Shown: in pieces, positions 34,896 through 46,760 of the stretch
How positions within the stretch are numbered: position 1 is the first letter of the stretch
Layout of the letters: the number at the start of each line of letters is the position of its first letter
Assembly (NCBI GenBank): GCA_026023565.1
Contig: JAPETS010000001.1
Span: 372,001-436,000, forward strand
Origin: Cirrosporium novae-zelandiae
Lineage: Eukaryota
Reading direction: 5' to 3'
Length of the DNA: 64,000 nucleotides
The notes under the pieces: generated by a model
Databases searched by the model: none
What the model was told of the DNA's origin: nothing
What the model saw: the letters and a program-made list of their open reading frames with translations, nothing else
Program-made: the position numbers and the translations under genes

Positions 34896-36563
34896 ATGGC
34901 ACTGACAAATTTAGGCCTTGCTAGACCGGTCCCCACCGTACCTACGCCCGAAAATGTCACTATGATGCAAGCTTTCGAGTGGTACATACCCGCAGACCAT
35001 CAACATTGGAGGCGCCTCGAAGCAGCTCTTCCGAGTCTAAAATCCATTGGTGTGGATAATATTTGGATCCCCCCAGGTTGCAAAGCCTCGAGCCCTCAAG
35101 GAAATGGTTATGATATTTACGATCTATATGATCTTGGCGAGTTCGATCAGAAGGGGTCTAGAGGAACAAAATGGGGAACAAAGGAAGAACTTATGCAGTT
35201 GCTTGAAAGAGCCGAACAAATTGGAATTGGGATATATTGGGATGCTGTGCTGAATCATAAAGCTGCGGCGGATCATACCGAAAGATGCAAGGTTGTGAAG
35301 GTGGATCCTGATGGTATGTCATCTATCTGATGCATTCATGCCTGTCTAGAAAGGCTGACAGAACAGATCGGCGAAAGACTATTAGCAAACCCTTCGAGAT
35401 CGAAGCTTGGCTAGGCTTCGATTTCCCTGGACGACAGAACAGGTACAGCTCTCAGAAATATCATTGGCACCATTTCTCAGGTACAGACTACGACAACAAA
35501 ACCGGCAAGTCAGCCATCTATAAAATTGTGAACAAAAACTGGTCAACTGGAGTAGATACTGAAAAGGGTAACTACGACTATTTGATGTTTGCCGATGTTG
35601 ATTACTCGAATCCAGAGGTTGTAGCAGATGTCAAGAACTGGGGATCATGGATGGGCAATGAACTCAAGATCAAAGGCATTAGGTTCGATGCCGTGAAGCA
35701 CTACTCCGAGGACTTCCTGAAAGAGTTTATAGCTCATCTGGACCAGGACGTTGGAAAGGGGTGGTTCTTTGTCGGCGAATTCTGGAAAGATTCGCTCGAG
35801 CATATGCAAGGTTATCTCAAGCGGATGGGACATCATTTCTCATTGTTCGACGTGCCGCTAGTCTATAACTTTTCACGAATCTCGAGAACAGACAAGGCAG
35901 ATCTGAGAAGGGTGTTTGAACGTACGCTGGTTAAACATGAGCCTAAAAGCGCCGTTACGTTCGTCATGAATCACGACACTCAGCCCATGCAGGCACTGGA
36001 GGCCCCGATTGCGGATTTCTTCAAACCTCTTGGATATGCGCTTATTCTCCTCCGTGCAGAAGGGTATCCTTGTGTCTTCTATGGCGATCTATATGGCATC
36101 ATGAATGAGAAAAGACCCGCGCCGCCTTCCTGTGCAGGTCGATTGCCAGATTTATCGCTTGCTAGAAAGCTCTATGCTTATGGCAAGCAGCATGATTACT
36201 TTGACACTCCACACTGCATCGGCTGGGTAAGGCGGGGAACTTGGGATAGACCATCTGGGCTTGCCTGTATCATGAGCAACACCGGCCCAGGCCAAAAACG
36301 GATGTTAGTCGGCGCTTCGCATCGGGGTGAAATCTGGTCAGATGTTCTTGGGAATGAGAAGATGGAGGTTCGGATAGATGATAAGGGATATGGTAAATTT
36401 ACTTGCCAGGGCCATAGTGTTTCTGTGTGGGTGAATCGGATGGCGGATGGTAGGAATCGGTTCGGAAAGTTGTAAGTCGGCAAACGATGCTCCCCATTTG
36501 TGGATATGTTTAGTTTGCTAACAGAGATTCAGTGACTGCAACATATACAGGTCACACTATTGA
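34896..36563 (+). CDS. Intracellular (bacterial liquefying-type) alpha-amylase, GH13_5 (AmyG/Amy1-like); 5' end uncertain
   Basis: TMMQAFEWY, GYDIYDLYDLGEFDQKG, DAVLNHKAAAD, NYDYLMFAD, catalytic GIRFDAVKH, VGEFW, FVMNHDTQ, GYPCVFYGDLYG. Introns about 35314-35366 and 36472-36532; no signal peptide seen. Confidence 0.93.
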
Positions 36564-37295
36564 TGCATCTCGGATGAGAATTGTCTATCGGATGGAATGG
36601 TTGGACTTATGGTATGGAAAGGACAGTTCTCTTAGTATTAGCGACCTGGTAGGTTATAAAGAATAACTGGGCAACATCAAATGTATTATTATAGATCTTC
36701 CAGTTGATAAAAAATCAATAGGATAAAGGAATGCTAGATGATGTGTAAACTAAAAAATACGACAAGCTTATGTATACATATGGGATTCTAGTGGCTTCTC
36801 ACTTGACCATGATACCTTGATCAGGAGGTGTATTACGTAGAGTTCCGGCCAACGCCCTCTGAAATGGTCCAAAATATAATGAAACTAGTTTCTCGTGTTC
36901 CTAGAATTAATACTGCTTTCGAAAGTATTAGGGCCTAAATTCTTTCGATATCGATGATCAGATACTTGTTCTCATGAGCTCAAAAATTTTACCAATGTTT
37001 AATGTTTAATCAGTAGCTTTTATACCGTGCGTACCTAGATATTTATTAGATTACTATGAAGGTTGGTTGTGAAATATGATTCATCACAGGCTTAAGGAAG
37101 GTTCTTTCTACTCTTATACCTTTTAGTCTAATGACTTTATTCATTCCCCTCGCTGTGACGTGATCTAAACTCCCACCACTTCATCTTACCGATAAGCAGG
37201 TATTAAATAGATATGATCTCCATGCCCTAGACTTCTATTAATTCTACTAATATCTACATATGTTTCCGCTAATTGCGAGCTTTATCGGCAACGCT

Positions 37296-37969
37296 ATGGC
37301 TAATTTGAATCTCGTGGGTTCGCACTCCTCTTGTCAGCGGCGAAGCACTCACAAGTTCGGATCTAGGCCCCCTCTCCCCCTCCCTACCGTGAGGCTTCCT
37401 TCCATGAAGAGTCTGACATCCGAGAGATCTACTCAATATTTCTCAAGTACACTCCTCTTCCACCTGAGCTCATTCTACCGATTTTCGATCTCGCCGAATT
37501 ATGGCTTTTGTTGAATGCCGAGAATGATGACATGATACGAGTTTCTCAAGCCACTGGTGATCACCCTTATGTGACCAGTCCTCCTATACAAGGTCAGGGG
37601 AAACAACCCGTGAAGAAAGTAGTCTTTAGGATTACAAGCCACGATCAGGGATGGAGCACCAATGATCGCCGACTCCATGGAACCCATGAAGGAAGCTATA
37701 CATGGTTTGAGGCTTGGGTTTTTCCAGCTCCAGATAGAGAGGGTAAGGCTCCAAGAAAACGTCGCCTCTGTACAAACATACATGCTAGCCTGGAGAACCA
37801 GACAAGAACGCTGATATGGAGGGCCGATGAGGAAGGTGAGAATGGCGAGTGGGTTAGAAGTCTGAGACAGGGGGATCAGATCTCAATTGTCCCTTTGGCG
37901 AGATTTCCTGGATGGGCCAATTTCGTCGTGGAAGCCAAGATTAAAATTTATACAGGTGTCCTGGTCTAG
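37296..37969 (+). CDS. F-box-like protein with SHDQGW...SYTWFEA C-terminal domain, 2 exons (alternative in-frame ATG at 37260)
   Basis: MANLNL / intron 37314-37366 (GTGGGT..CTCAC..TAG) / APSPPPYRE...TPLPPELILPIFDLAELW, in frame with ORF 37508-37969. Confidence 0.75.
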
Positions 37970-38109
37970 GATGGTGATGGGATGTATTTGTTTGGAAGAA
38001 ATAGGCTAGACACTACACCTAGAAAGCCTTTAGGCAAGTCTGCGAAAGGTCATATACGCACACAGGAACCTGCCAAGGTATTCTGGCACAAATGCTGTCT
38101 GTTTTGAGA

Positions 38110-38810
38110 TGTTATTATTGACAACTCGCAGCTGGAAAACGAAGGCAATAGACGTCCAGCACGTTTTCTTCAGCGAGCCGTATAGATAACAAGAGCTCTA
38201 GGTTTCTATTCAAATATTGCAGTGATTAATGGTGCAATCCACGAAGTAAGACCACCAGGGAATGTTCATATAATGTTGGAAATAGTTTCTTCCTGAGTGG
38301 TTCCCTAAAGGTTGACTTTTTCGCTTGCTAGTATCTAACTCGATCGGCATGCTTCCTATTTATTTCTTACCACATTGCTCTTTAAAATATGTCCTCTACA
38401 GCTGGGAAAATATCGATCATGGTCTTACCTTCAAGAATAGATCATTTTACAGTTACTAGGAATATCATACCGTCAATGCTACTTGCTTGTGACCACCCAA
38501 GCAGCATTCCTATGTGTGATTTTGTGCTCCTGATGGACCTAGTAAGTGATCGAAATTGTCTATTTCGGTCCAGATCTGATACTCAATCAACATGTTCATC
38601 TCTTTCTCTGTCTGCAAAGACACTTGATCTTAAAACCATAGATTCGTTTGTCATTAGAGAGATTATGCCTCCTCCTTAGGCGCGGCAGCGAACGATGTTC
38701 CATGTGAGAACCATTTGGATCTATAACAATTTGGCTAGGTTTGCATTCTGCATCTACTGCAAGATGGTTTCCCTTGGATGGTTTATCGCAGGTAGTGGCT
38801 CTGTTTAAAT
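38110..38810 (-). pseudogene. Probable decayed gene of unknown family
   Basis: One minus-strand frame reads protein-like for about 170 codons with 4 internal stops and a retained GTAAG..TTTAG intron (38305-38370). Upstream fragment KPSCSRCRMQT*PNCY resembles half of a Zn2Cys6 cluster. Confidence 0.4.
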
Positions 38811-40554
38811 TTAAAAGAAAGAGCTTTCGGCGGAATTTAGGTATTACACTTGAATGAATTGTATGCTAGCCCTGTTACGGCCTCTGAGAACATACTTGTC
38901 AGGACATTTAGAAGTTAACACTAATCAAATAGTAGTAAAAAGTCAAGAGGTAAAAATATATTCTTGTTATAAAAAGTTCGAAGCATGGAAAGAACATAAT
39001 ATCCGTTTCTTAATTATTCCAATGATGGTGCGACCAGCTTCGCTTGTTTGCAAATCCTAATATCCAAATAGGATCTTAGAAGTAGACGCTGATATCCTGT
39101 AGCGTAGAACTTATTTTAATCAAGTGTCATCCTCCAGTCAATATCCCCCCAAATTTCACATGCCATACTCTTTACAAATTGTGCACTTCCAACGCAATAC
39201 AATATCGTGGCGAACCAAGGGTCGAGGAACTTGTTGGTACAATATAAAGGATGAAACCTGCAACGCTTTACTGCCAACAGTGGGTACCGACCTCGACTTG
39301 ATGTATTAGATCATTTAGGTGGGTCTGATGGTCAACAAAATATGTGTGGGCTAAAATAAATGTTCACAATGGTTAGAATCTGATCAGGTCACTGTTGAAC
39401 ATTGTTAGTGGAACACCAGATTATGATTCCTTGATCTGGTTTGGTAGAAGAGATAGAAAAATGGGGGGTAAAGGGAGATTTAAAAAGCATTGGATACCAA
39501 GTCTAATTTATTCACAAAGGATGGGGTTAAACCCCAAGGACCTAGGAAGTTCTCGACTAGCTAGCACGGGTTAACCGAGTAAGTAGTACAGAGTACAAAG
39601 TACAATGGAGGGTACTTTGTATTTTGTAACAACTCATATCAGAAAAGGTGCAATTCAAGTTTTAGATTCATGGGGCTCGCCGTTGGCACAGCGTATCAGA
39701 TAGGTCTAAGGGTGCAGAGTCCAGAGACTTGAGTCAAAAAAAAACCTGATATGGCTTGCTGAAATCCGAAATCTTTGTGACCTCTCCAGCCTCTCTCATT
39801 TCATCTTAAATTTCAGCCGAGTATCCGTCATTTGTCGCACATCATTGGGCTCAGCGACTCAAGCGATTCAGCAGCGACTCAGCATGCCATAACATCCCAA
39901 GGTCCTCAGGTCTCCTCCTTGTTTGCTGCTACTTGGCTTTTTAGTCTTGAATCCCTTGGATCCAAAGCATAATGATTTTTTTTTATTTAATATCGTGCCG
40001 TCATTATAAGGCCAAGAATATATTCCTTGGTGCATCATGTATAAGTTATTAAAGAATATTAAGAGAATTATAACCAAAAGCAAAGAAGAAGAGAATTACA
40101 ATTAATAATAATAAATTGAAATGTCGTTTGTTGTTGCTGTTGCTGTTGTTGTAGTTGTAGTAGTAGAGAGATGTAATAATTAATCGTAAGCCGATTTCAA
40201 TCTCTTAGGCCGTCAGGCAGACTTGGCCCCTCCATTGATCCTCCCCCCCCCCCAATGCTTCCCCCCCCTCCCCCGGGCTTTCCCTCTGACAGCACCGACA
40301 ACATTTTGATTAGTTAGCTCACTTTATGATCCTCGCACCATGCCTACCAAAACCTTTCATCTGTTGCTCGATTTTGACAAAGCCTATCTAATACTCTCTA
40401 AAAAACAGCCTTGATATGAGTCTGAGTCTTCATGGTGCGCCACTGACCCAACATATCGCTACCTTAGTGGCCCTTATTCCTTGACCATCTCCCGCAGACA
40501 CCAACCCCCAACCCAAACTTTTTTTTAACAACTCAACATTTTCTACCAGGAGAC

Positions 40555-43520
40555 ATGGCCTGGCAACCACAAGAAGAGCCGCTGAGGCAGCTCGCTGGGT
40601 ACCTTCAGGATTCCTTAAGTGGTTATAATAGGTCTGCTCAGCAACATGCTGAACAGGTATGTGCCTTCTGCGCTATTGCAACTCCCCAGATCTGTCTTCG
40701 GAAGCGAGATTATCAGATCAACTGACCTGTAAATTGGCTGCGCATAGATGCTCACACAAGCCTACTCATCCCCCGACATCACAAACTATTTGACCTACTT
40801 GTTTGTCAGTTCTGAGCCTCCTGCTAGTCTTGGATGCCCCCCAGAAAAATTCTCCACAATCAGAGCATCCGCGGGTATAAATCTCAAAAATGCTCTCCGA
40901 ACCGCATATAGAACTATTTCCCCCTCAAATCAAAGTTACATCCGATCTTCTCTACTCGTTGCCTTGCAAGATCCAAATTCCCAAATCCGCAGCTTTGCCG
41001 GCAATGTTATGACAGAGATTGTGCGTCAGGGAGGCATATTGGATTGGCCCGAACTAATACCTGACCTACTTTTCTTGATTGCAAATGAAAATGGTTCTAC
41101 GAATCATCAGGCTCAAGAAGGGGCCATGGCCTCATTGGAGAAGATCTGTGAGGACAATCGAAAACTGTTAGATAAAGAATATAATGGGCAGCGACCATTG
41201 AATGTTCTGATACCCAAACTTCTGGAATTTACTGCAAGTCCACTCATCAAAGTCCGATCGTCTGCACTATCGACCGTCAAGGTATTTCTACCACAGAAAC
41301 CACAGGCAATTATGACTGCCATCGATGATCTCCTTTCTCGTCTATTTCAGCTTGCTGGTGATAAGAGCACTGAGGTACGACGCAAGGTCTGCCAATTATT
41401 TTTGCAAATTGTCGAAATCAGACCAGATAAAGTTGAACCCCACATGGAAGGGTTGGTGGATTATATGCTGGTACAACAGAGTAATGGAGAAGACGATGAT
41501 CTATCATTAGATGCAGCAGAGTTTTGGCTGGGAGTTGGTGAGCATGATCAGCTTCGAATGAGGCTGGGACCATATTTGGATAAGATTATTCCCGTTCTCC
41601 TGGAAAGTATGATTTATAGCCAGGACGATATCATCAGGTTAGAGAATGCTGGGGACGATGCTTCGCAAGAAGATCGACCGGAAGACATTAAACCACAATT
41701 TGCGACGAATCAAAGCGCTCGTGGTACTGCAAATACGAATACGAGCACCACATCACTACAAAATGGGACGGACCCAGCGAAAATCCTGGAGGAAGATGAT
41801 CTTAGTGAGGGGGAGATTGATGAAGATGAGGAAGATGGAGATGATCCTGAAGAAAAGTGGAATTTGCGGAAATGCTCAGCTGCGGCTCTTGATGTCCTTG
41901 CAACAGTGTTCCATAGCCCCGTTTTCGAAACAACCTTGCCTTATTTAAACGAAAACCTTCAGCATAATGAGTGGCCTCGGAGGGAAGCAGCTGTCCTGGC
42001 CCTCGGTGCGGTAGCAGATGGCTGCATGGATGCTGTCATGCCCCATCTTCCTAGCCTTATACCTTATCTTATAAACCTTCTGAACGACCGTGAGCCCGTC
42101 GTGCGTCAAATTACATGCTGGACCCTCGGCCGGTACTCTGAATGGGCATCACATCTCATGACGGAACCCGACAGAGACCATTATTTCGGACCAATGCTAG
42201 AAGGGATATTGAATAAAATGTTGGATAGCAACAAAAGAGTACAAGAAGCAGCAGCTTCCGCATTTGCTAATTTGGAGGAAAAGGCTGATGCAAATCTCAT
42301 ACCGTACATTGATCTCATTCTGCAACAATTTGTCCGGTGCTTCCAGACATACAAGGACCGCAATATGTTCATCCTCTATGATTGCGTCCAGACATTGGCA
42401 GAGCATACCGGTCCACACCTGCAGAAACCCGAATTTATCAACCTCCTTATGCCGGCTCTTATCGAGCGGTGGAACAAGCTTACGGATGACTCCAGAGAGC
42501 TTTTCCCGCTCCTTGAATGCTTAGGATACATTGCTGCCGCACTGTGTGATCTCTTCTCCGCTTTTGCTATTCCTATTTTTGGGAGATGTATCCGGATAAT
42601 CCACCAGAATCTGCAACAACATATGTCCCATGTCAACAATCCGGCCCTGGAGGCGCCAGATAAAGACTTTTTAGTTACCAGCTTAGATCTTCTCAGTGCA
42701 ATAATCCAAGCAATCCACCCTTCAAAGAGTGGCCAGCTAGTTTCAGAATCCCAACCAAAGTTGTTCGAGCTCTTATCCTTCTGTATGGAGGATCCGAGCA
42801 ATGATGTTCGCCAATCTGCATATGCATTGCTGGGTGACTGTGCCATCAATCTCTATGATCACTTGAAACCATATCTCCCCGTGATTATGCCACTTCTTAT
42901 CGGGCAACTGGATTTGGATTCAATCAAAGATGAAGATATCGAGAGCGGCTTCAGCGTTCTCAACAATGCGTGCTGGTCATGTGGAGAGATCGCAATGGTG
43001 GAGAGAGAGCAGATGATGCCTTTTGTGGATCAACTTTATCAAAGATTGATCAATATTATGAGCAATCCGGAAATTCCTGACTCTGTCAAGGAGAATGTGG
43101 CAATCGCACTTGGCCGTCTTGGAGTTGGGAATGCGGAGAGGCTCGCTCCACATCTCGATGAGTTTGCTCAACCATTCCTTGAATTCATGAACAAGGTCGA
43201 GTATACCGATGAAAAGGTCACTGCATTCATGGGGTTCAACAAAATGGTAGAACAAAATCCAAAGGCGATGGAAAAATGTTTGATAGCTTACTTCAAAGCT
43301 ATTGCACTTTTTCCCATCGAGCCTCTCAAGAGAAGTCCGGAAATACTTCAGTCGTTCAAAGAGGTAAAGTTGCCATGACCCCGTGTTGCAGGATCCATCA
43401 CAGCTAATGGTAACACAGGTATTGCGGGGCTACCGGAGTCTCATCCCGGATTTTGACGCATTCTTGTCCCAGCTTCCTACGACCATCCTCGATCGACTCC
43501 AGACCAATTACGGACTCTAA
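40555..43520 (+). CDS. KAP104: Importin beta-2 / transportin (Kap104)
   Basis: MAWQPQEEPLRQL exon, HEAT-repeat ORF with acidic H8 loop (EDRPEDIKP...EDEEDGDDPEEKWNLRKCSAAALD), NNACWSCGEIA; terminal exon ending QTNYGL*. Confidence 0.96.
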
Positions 43521-45045
43521 TATACAAATTTAGCACATGAACAGACACGTATGGCTGCATATGGAACGTACAGTTGACGCAGTGATCGAATATATGAGCA
43601 AACAGTGCATGACATGACGCGAAATTCTTCAGCTTCTCCATAAACAGGCTGATGGCTGTCTCATTATTAATGAAGTGTTCCATAGATTTGATGACATGCA
43701 GCATTTGTATGGCGTTGCGTTTTTATTGATTTAAGGCGTTTTTACTGAAGGACCCCCTCAAGAGAATGATGCGGTCTGCAAAGACTAACGGAGCACTGTT
43801 TTGATATGACCAAGGGCAAGACATGGTATCATCAGCAAATTATCCGGCTACGCATTTGGCATATCATAGGGCAAAGAGGGCAAGCAGGCTGCACATGGTG
43901 GACTTTGGAAGGAGATGATAGGATGATACAAGAAGAAAATATAGCTACTTCGGTGCACCTTGTTGATTCGTTTTACGGTGTGGTTTTATGCATTACTGCC
44001 GGAAAAACGTTCTTTTGGTTTATTTGTGATTGTGGGGATTGCTCGCAGATGGAACCCGACACTCGGTGAATTCAGTGGAAGCTAATGTAGTGATTCGAAG
44101 AATGCGGACACTAATGCGACCACCTGCATGGCCTGCTCCAGAAATAGACGTTCCGTGGTACAAATTCGCTTGGAGCCTCGAGGAGGAGCCGCGGTGGTGT
44201 CATCACTGGGAACTGGGGTTGTGTGTTTGTCGGTAGCGGTCAAGATACCCCTCTACATATTCTGCACCACTGCAGACGAGCGAGAGACCTGACCAGGAAC
44301 ATGATTTTAGGGAACAGAGGGACGGAGAAAAGTTAGGGCGTGAGCCATGGGAAATACTAAGGTTTCAAACAGCAGAATGGTTCGATTTGGGCAGTCAAGA
44401 GAGATGGGCAAGACGAGTCGATGACAAATGACAGAGGTGCTTTTTGGGGCCGGTGGGATGAAAAAGCGTGCAACTTGCAGATCACGTTGATGAGCAGATT
44501 CGCTGGAGTAAAGAATTATTAGATAGGTGCACCATGCAAGTTGCATGTCGATATATTTGGATCTTTAGCTCCTGGGTTCGGCCGAAAACGTTGGGTAGCG
44601 TCTTAAGTAGGAATTTGCTGTAGTGCTGAAGGGGAAATTAGCACATGCAGGCTGCACAAAAAAGAATATTACCATGTGGTTATGCCCGTAATATTTGTGT
44701 AATAGGCCCTCAATAAGGTTTCAAGGACAGCCCATGTTTGATTTTTCACCCATGGTGGTATTTGAACGGGGATAAACTGAACTGGGTCTAAAAAGTCTTA
44801 AATTATGCATAAGTCCCCCCTGGCCTGAGATGAGATGAGTTGATGACACACACAAATCCAAAGTCAAATTGTACACCCAGGCACCCAGCTTTGGATTAAT
44901 TAGCACAGCCCTCTTTTGGAGATTTGAGCGACAGGCCACAATCTCCAATCGATCCATTCCCCAACACCAGTCTTTTGCCCCTTTCAAAAAAATGAAGGAC
45001 GGAAACAACACATCTGGTGTTTTTTTTATTATTTTATTTGTTTGT

Positions 45046-45050
<5 letters not shown>

Positions 45051-45076
<26 letters not shown>
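45051..45076. repeat. (TG)13 microsatellite
   Basis: Direct sequence. Confidence 0.95.
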
Positions 45077-46646
45077 CAGCCAAAGAAAAAAAAAGAAAAG
45101 CGGCCCCATTCTACCTAGTCGACTTTTCCCCCTTGAGAAAGAGAAGGATGAATTTTGCCTCGGTTCATTAATTACTTGTTCATCTTGTTGCATTCGGAGG
45201 GGGATACAAGGTTGATTGCACAAAGAAGGTAGTAGGTAGTATTTGAGTGTCAGCCCAACATATTTCCCCTCCCCTTTTTAGCGTAGAACATCTGGGACAT
45301 TAATTAAGAAGAATCGAGAAAGAAAGAACGAAGAAGAAAAGAAGGAAAGAAACAAAATGGGAAATGGTCTTTTGTGGTTAACGGTTAAATGGGTTTTACT
45401 TGTATCGAGGGCTATCTATGATATGATATGTTTTTGAGCCATGTTCACTAAATGCTAAAGTGTGGTGTCTGTGTGTTGAGGAAAGACGAAGGGCAAAAGG
45501 TCCTTGATAATTTGATTTCATCTAACTGGCGAGAGGGAGAGGTTACACGGGTAAAGAAGAAGATTGTAGTCACCGTGTCATAAGGTCGAGGGGGTTTTAA
45601 ACTCGTGCACTAAAAATAAATGAAGGAACTAAGCCCAAACTTATGCCACCTTCCACTTCTTCCACTTCCCAAATGTCCGAGAGCCACGGCCCACCAGCTT
45701 GAATTCGAACAAACATGGCTACATTCGGAATCTCCTCAAGGAACAATTTTTCCTTATTTCCTTAAATTTCCTAAGGCCTCTTTTAAGGCCTCTCTTAGCT
45801 ACCTAGGTAAGTTACCTCACTTCCTCTCTCGCTCTCTTCTGCTCCACCAGATTGTAAAGACCAGAACAGAAAACCAAAAAAAAACCAAAAACCAAAATAA
45901 AAATGAAATCATCCAGAAACTATAATCCACATACCGTTCTGGCGATCCTACAGTTGCTATCTACTTTGCTCCAGTGCTAGGGGAACAAAAAAAACAGCTT
46001 CACCCGCCATTTGAAATTTGTCATGATTTTATTTTAGGGTCTCCTTTGCTATTCCCAGCCACTTTTGCCGCTGCGTCTAAGCTCAAAGGAGGCTTTCTGT
46101 CATCATTCAAAAGTGCCCCGTGGGTTTGCGTGGGTGAAGGAACGGCAGCTGGAAGGTGGGAAAGGGTCCACCCACACATAGGGTTCGGGTCAATTGCCGG
46201 ATAGCTTTGGGTCACCTTTGGGACACCTTGCCTTTCCTTGCCCTTTTCCTTTGGAGCCCTTGGGAAACAAGGCAAACAAGACAAGCAACAGGGACGGTAA
46301 CAGTATCATTTTCTAGGAGTCTAATCTTGAGACATATACTAAGTATACCTAAGTCAGAACCTCTTGTTTTTATATCCACCTAGCAATACCATTCGTTCAC
46401 GGGAACTCCGACCAGGTTGTGTTGGATCCTTCAATCATCTTGTTCTGCTTCGTTTTCTTTTGTTCCTTTTTATGCAATGATGCCCTCCGGTCCATGATCT
46501 GACTGTGATGGTAGTAGACGCCTGAGGTTTTTGCCAATGGACAGCAGCGGGAATGTGCCAAGAAATCCATGTTAAGTCTTGGATCATAATATAGGCCTTT
46601 GCTCCGAGAGACATGTAACTGGCAGGATAGATAATAGCACAAGTAA

Positions 46647-46760
46647 TTAGGTTAGATTGGGTTAGGTTAGGTTAGGTGTACATTTCTTACCAGGTACAGG
46701 TATTGGTATGGTATGTATGTATGTCTGGTATGTCTGTATGTAAGCATGCATGTATGTTAT
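46647..46760. repeat. Compound low-complexity repeat: imperfect (TTAGG)n followed by (GTAT/GGTAT)n
   Basis: ttaggttagattgggttaggttaggttagg then ggtatggtatgtatgtatgtctggtatg. Confidence 0.75.

Noticed and set aside
46647..46676. Interstitial telomere
   Set aside because: Units are TTAGG, short and imperfect, not a TTAGGG array; part of a compound microsatellite.
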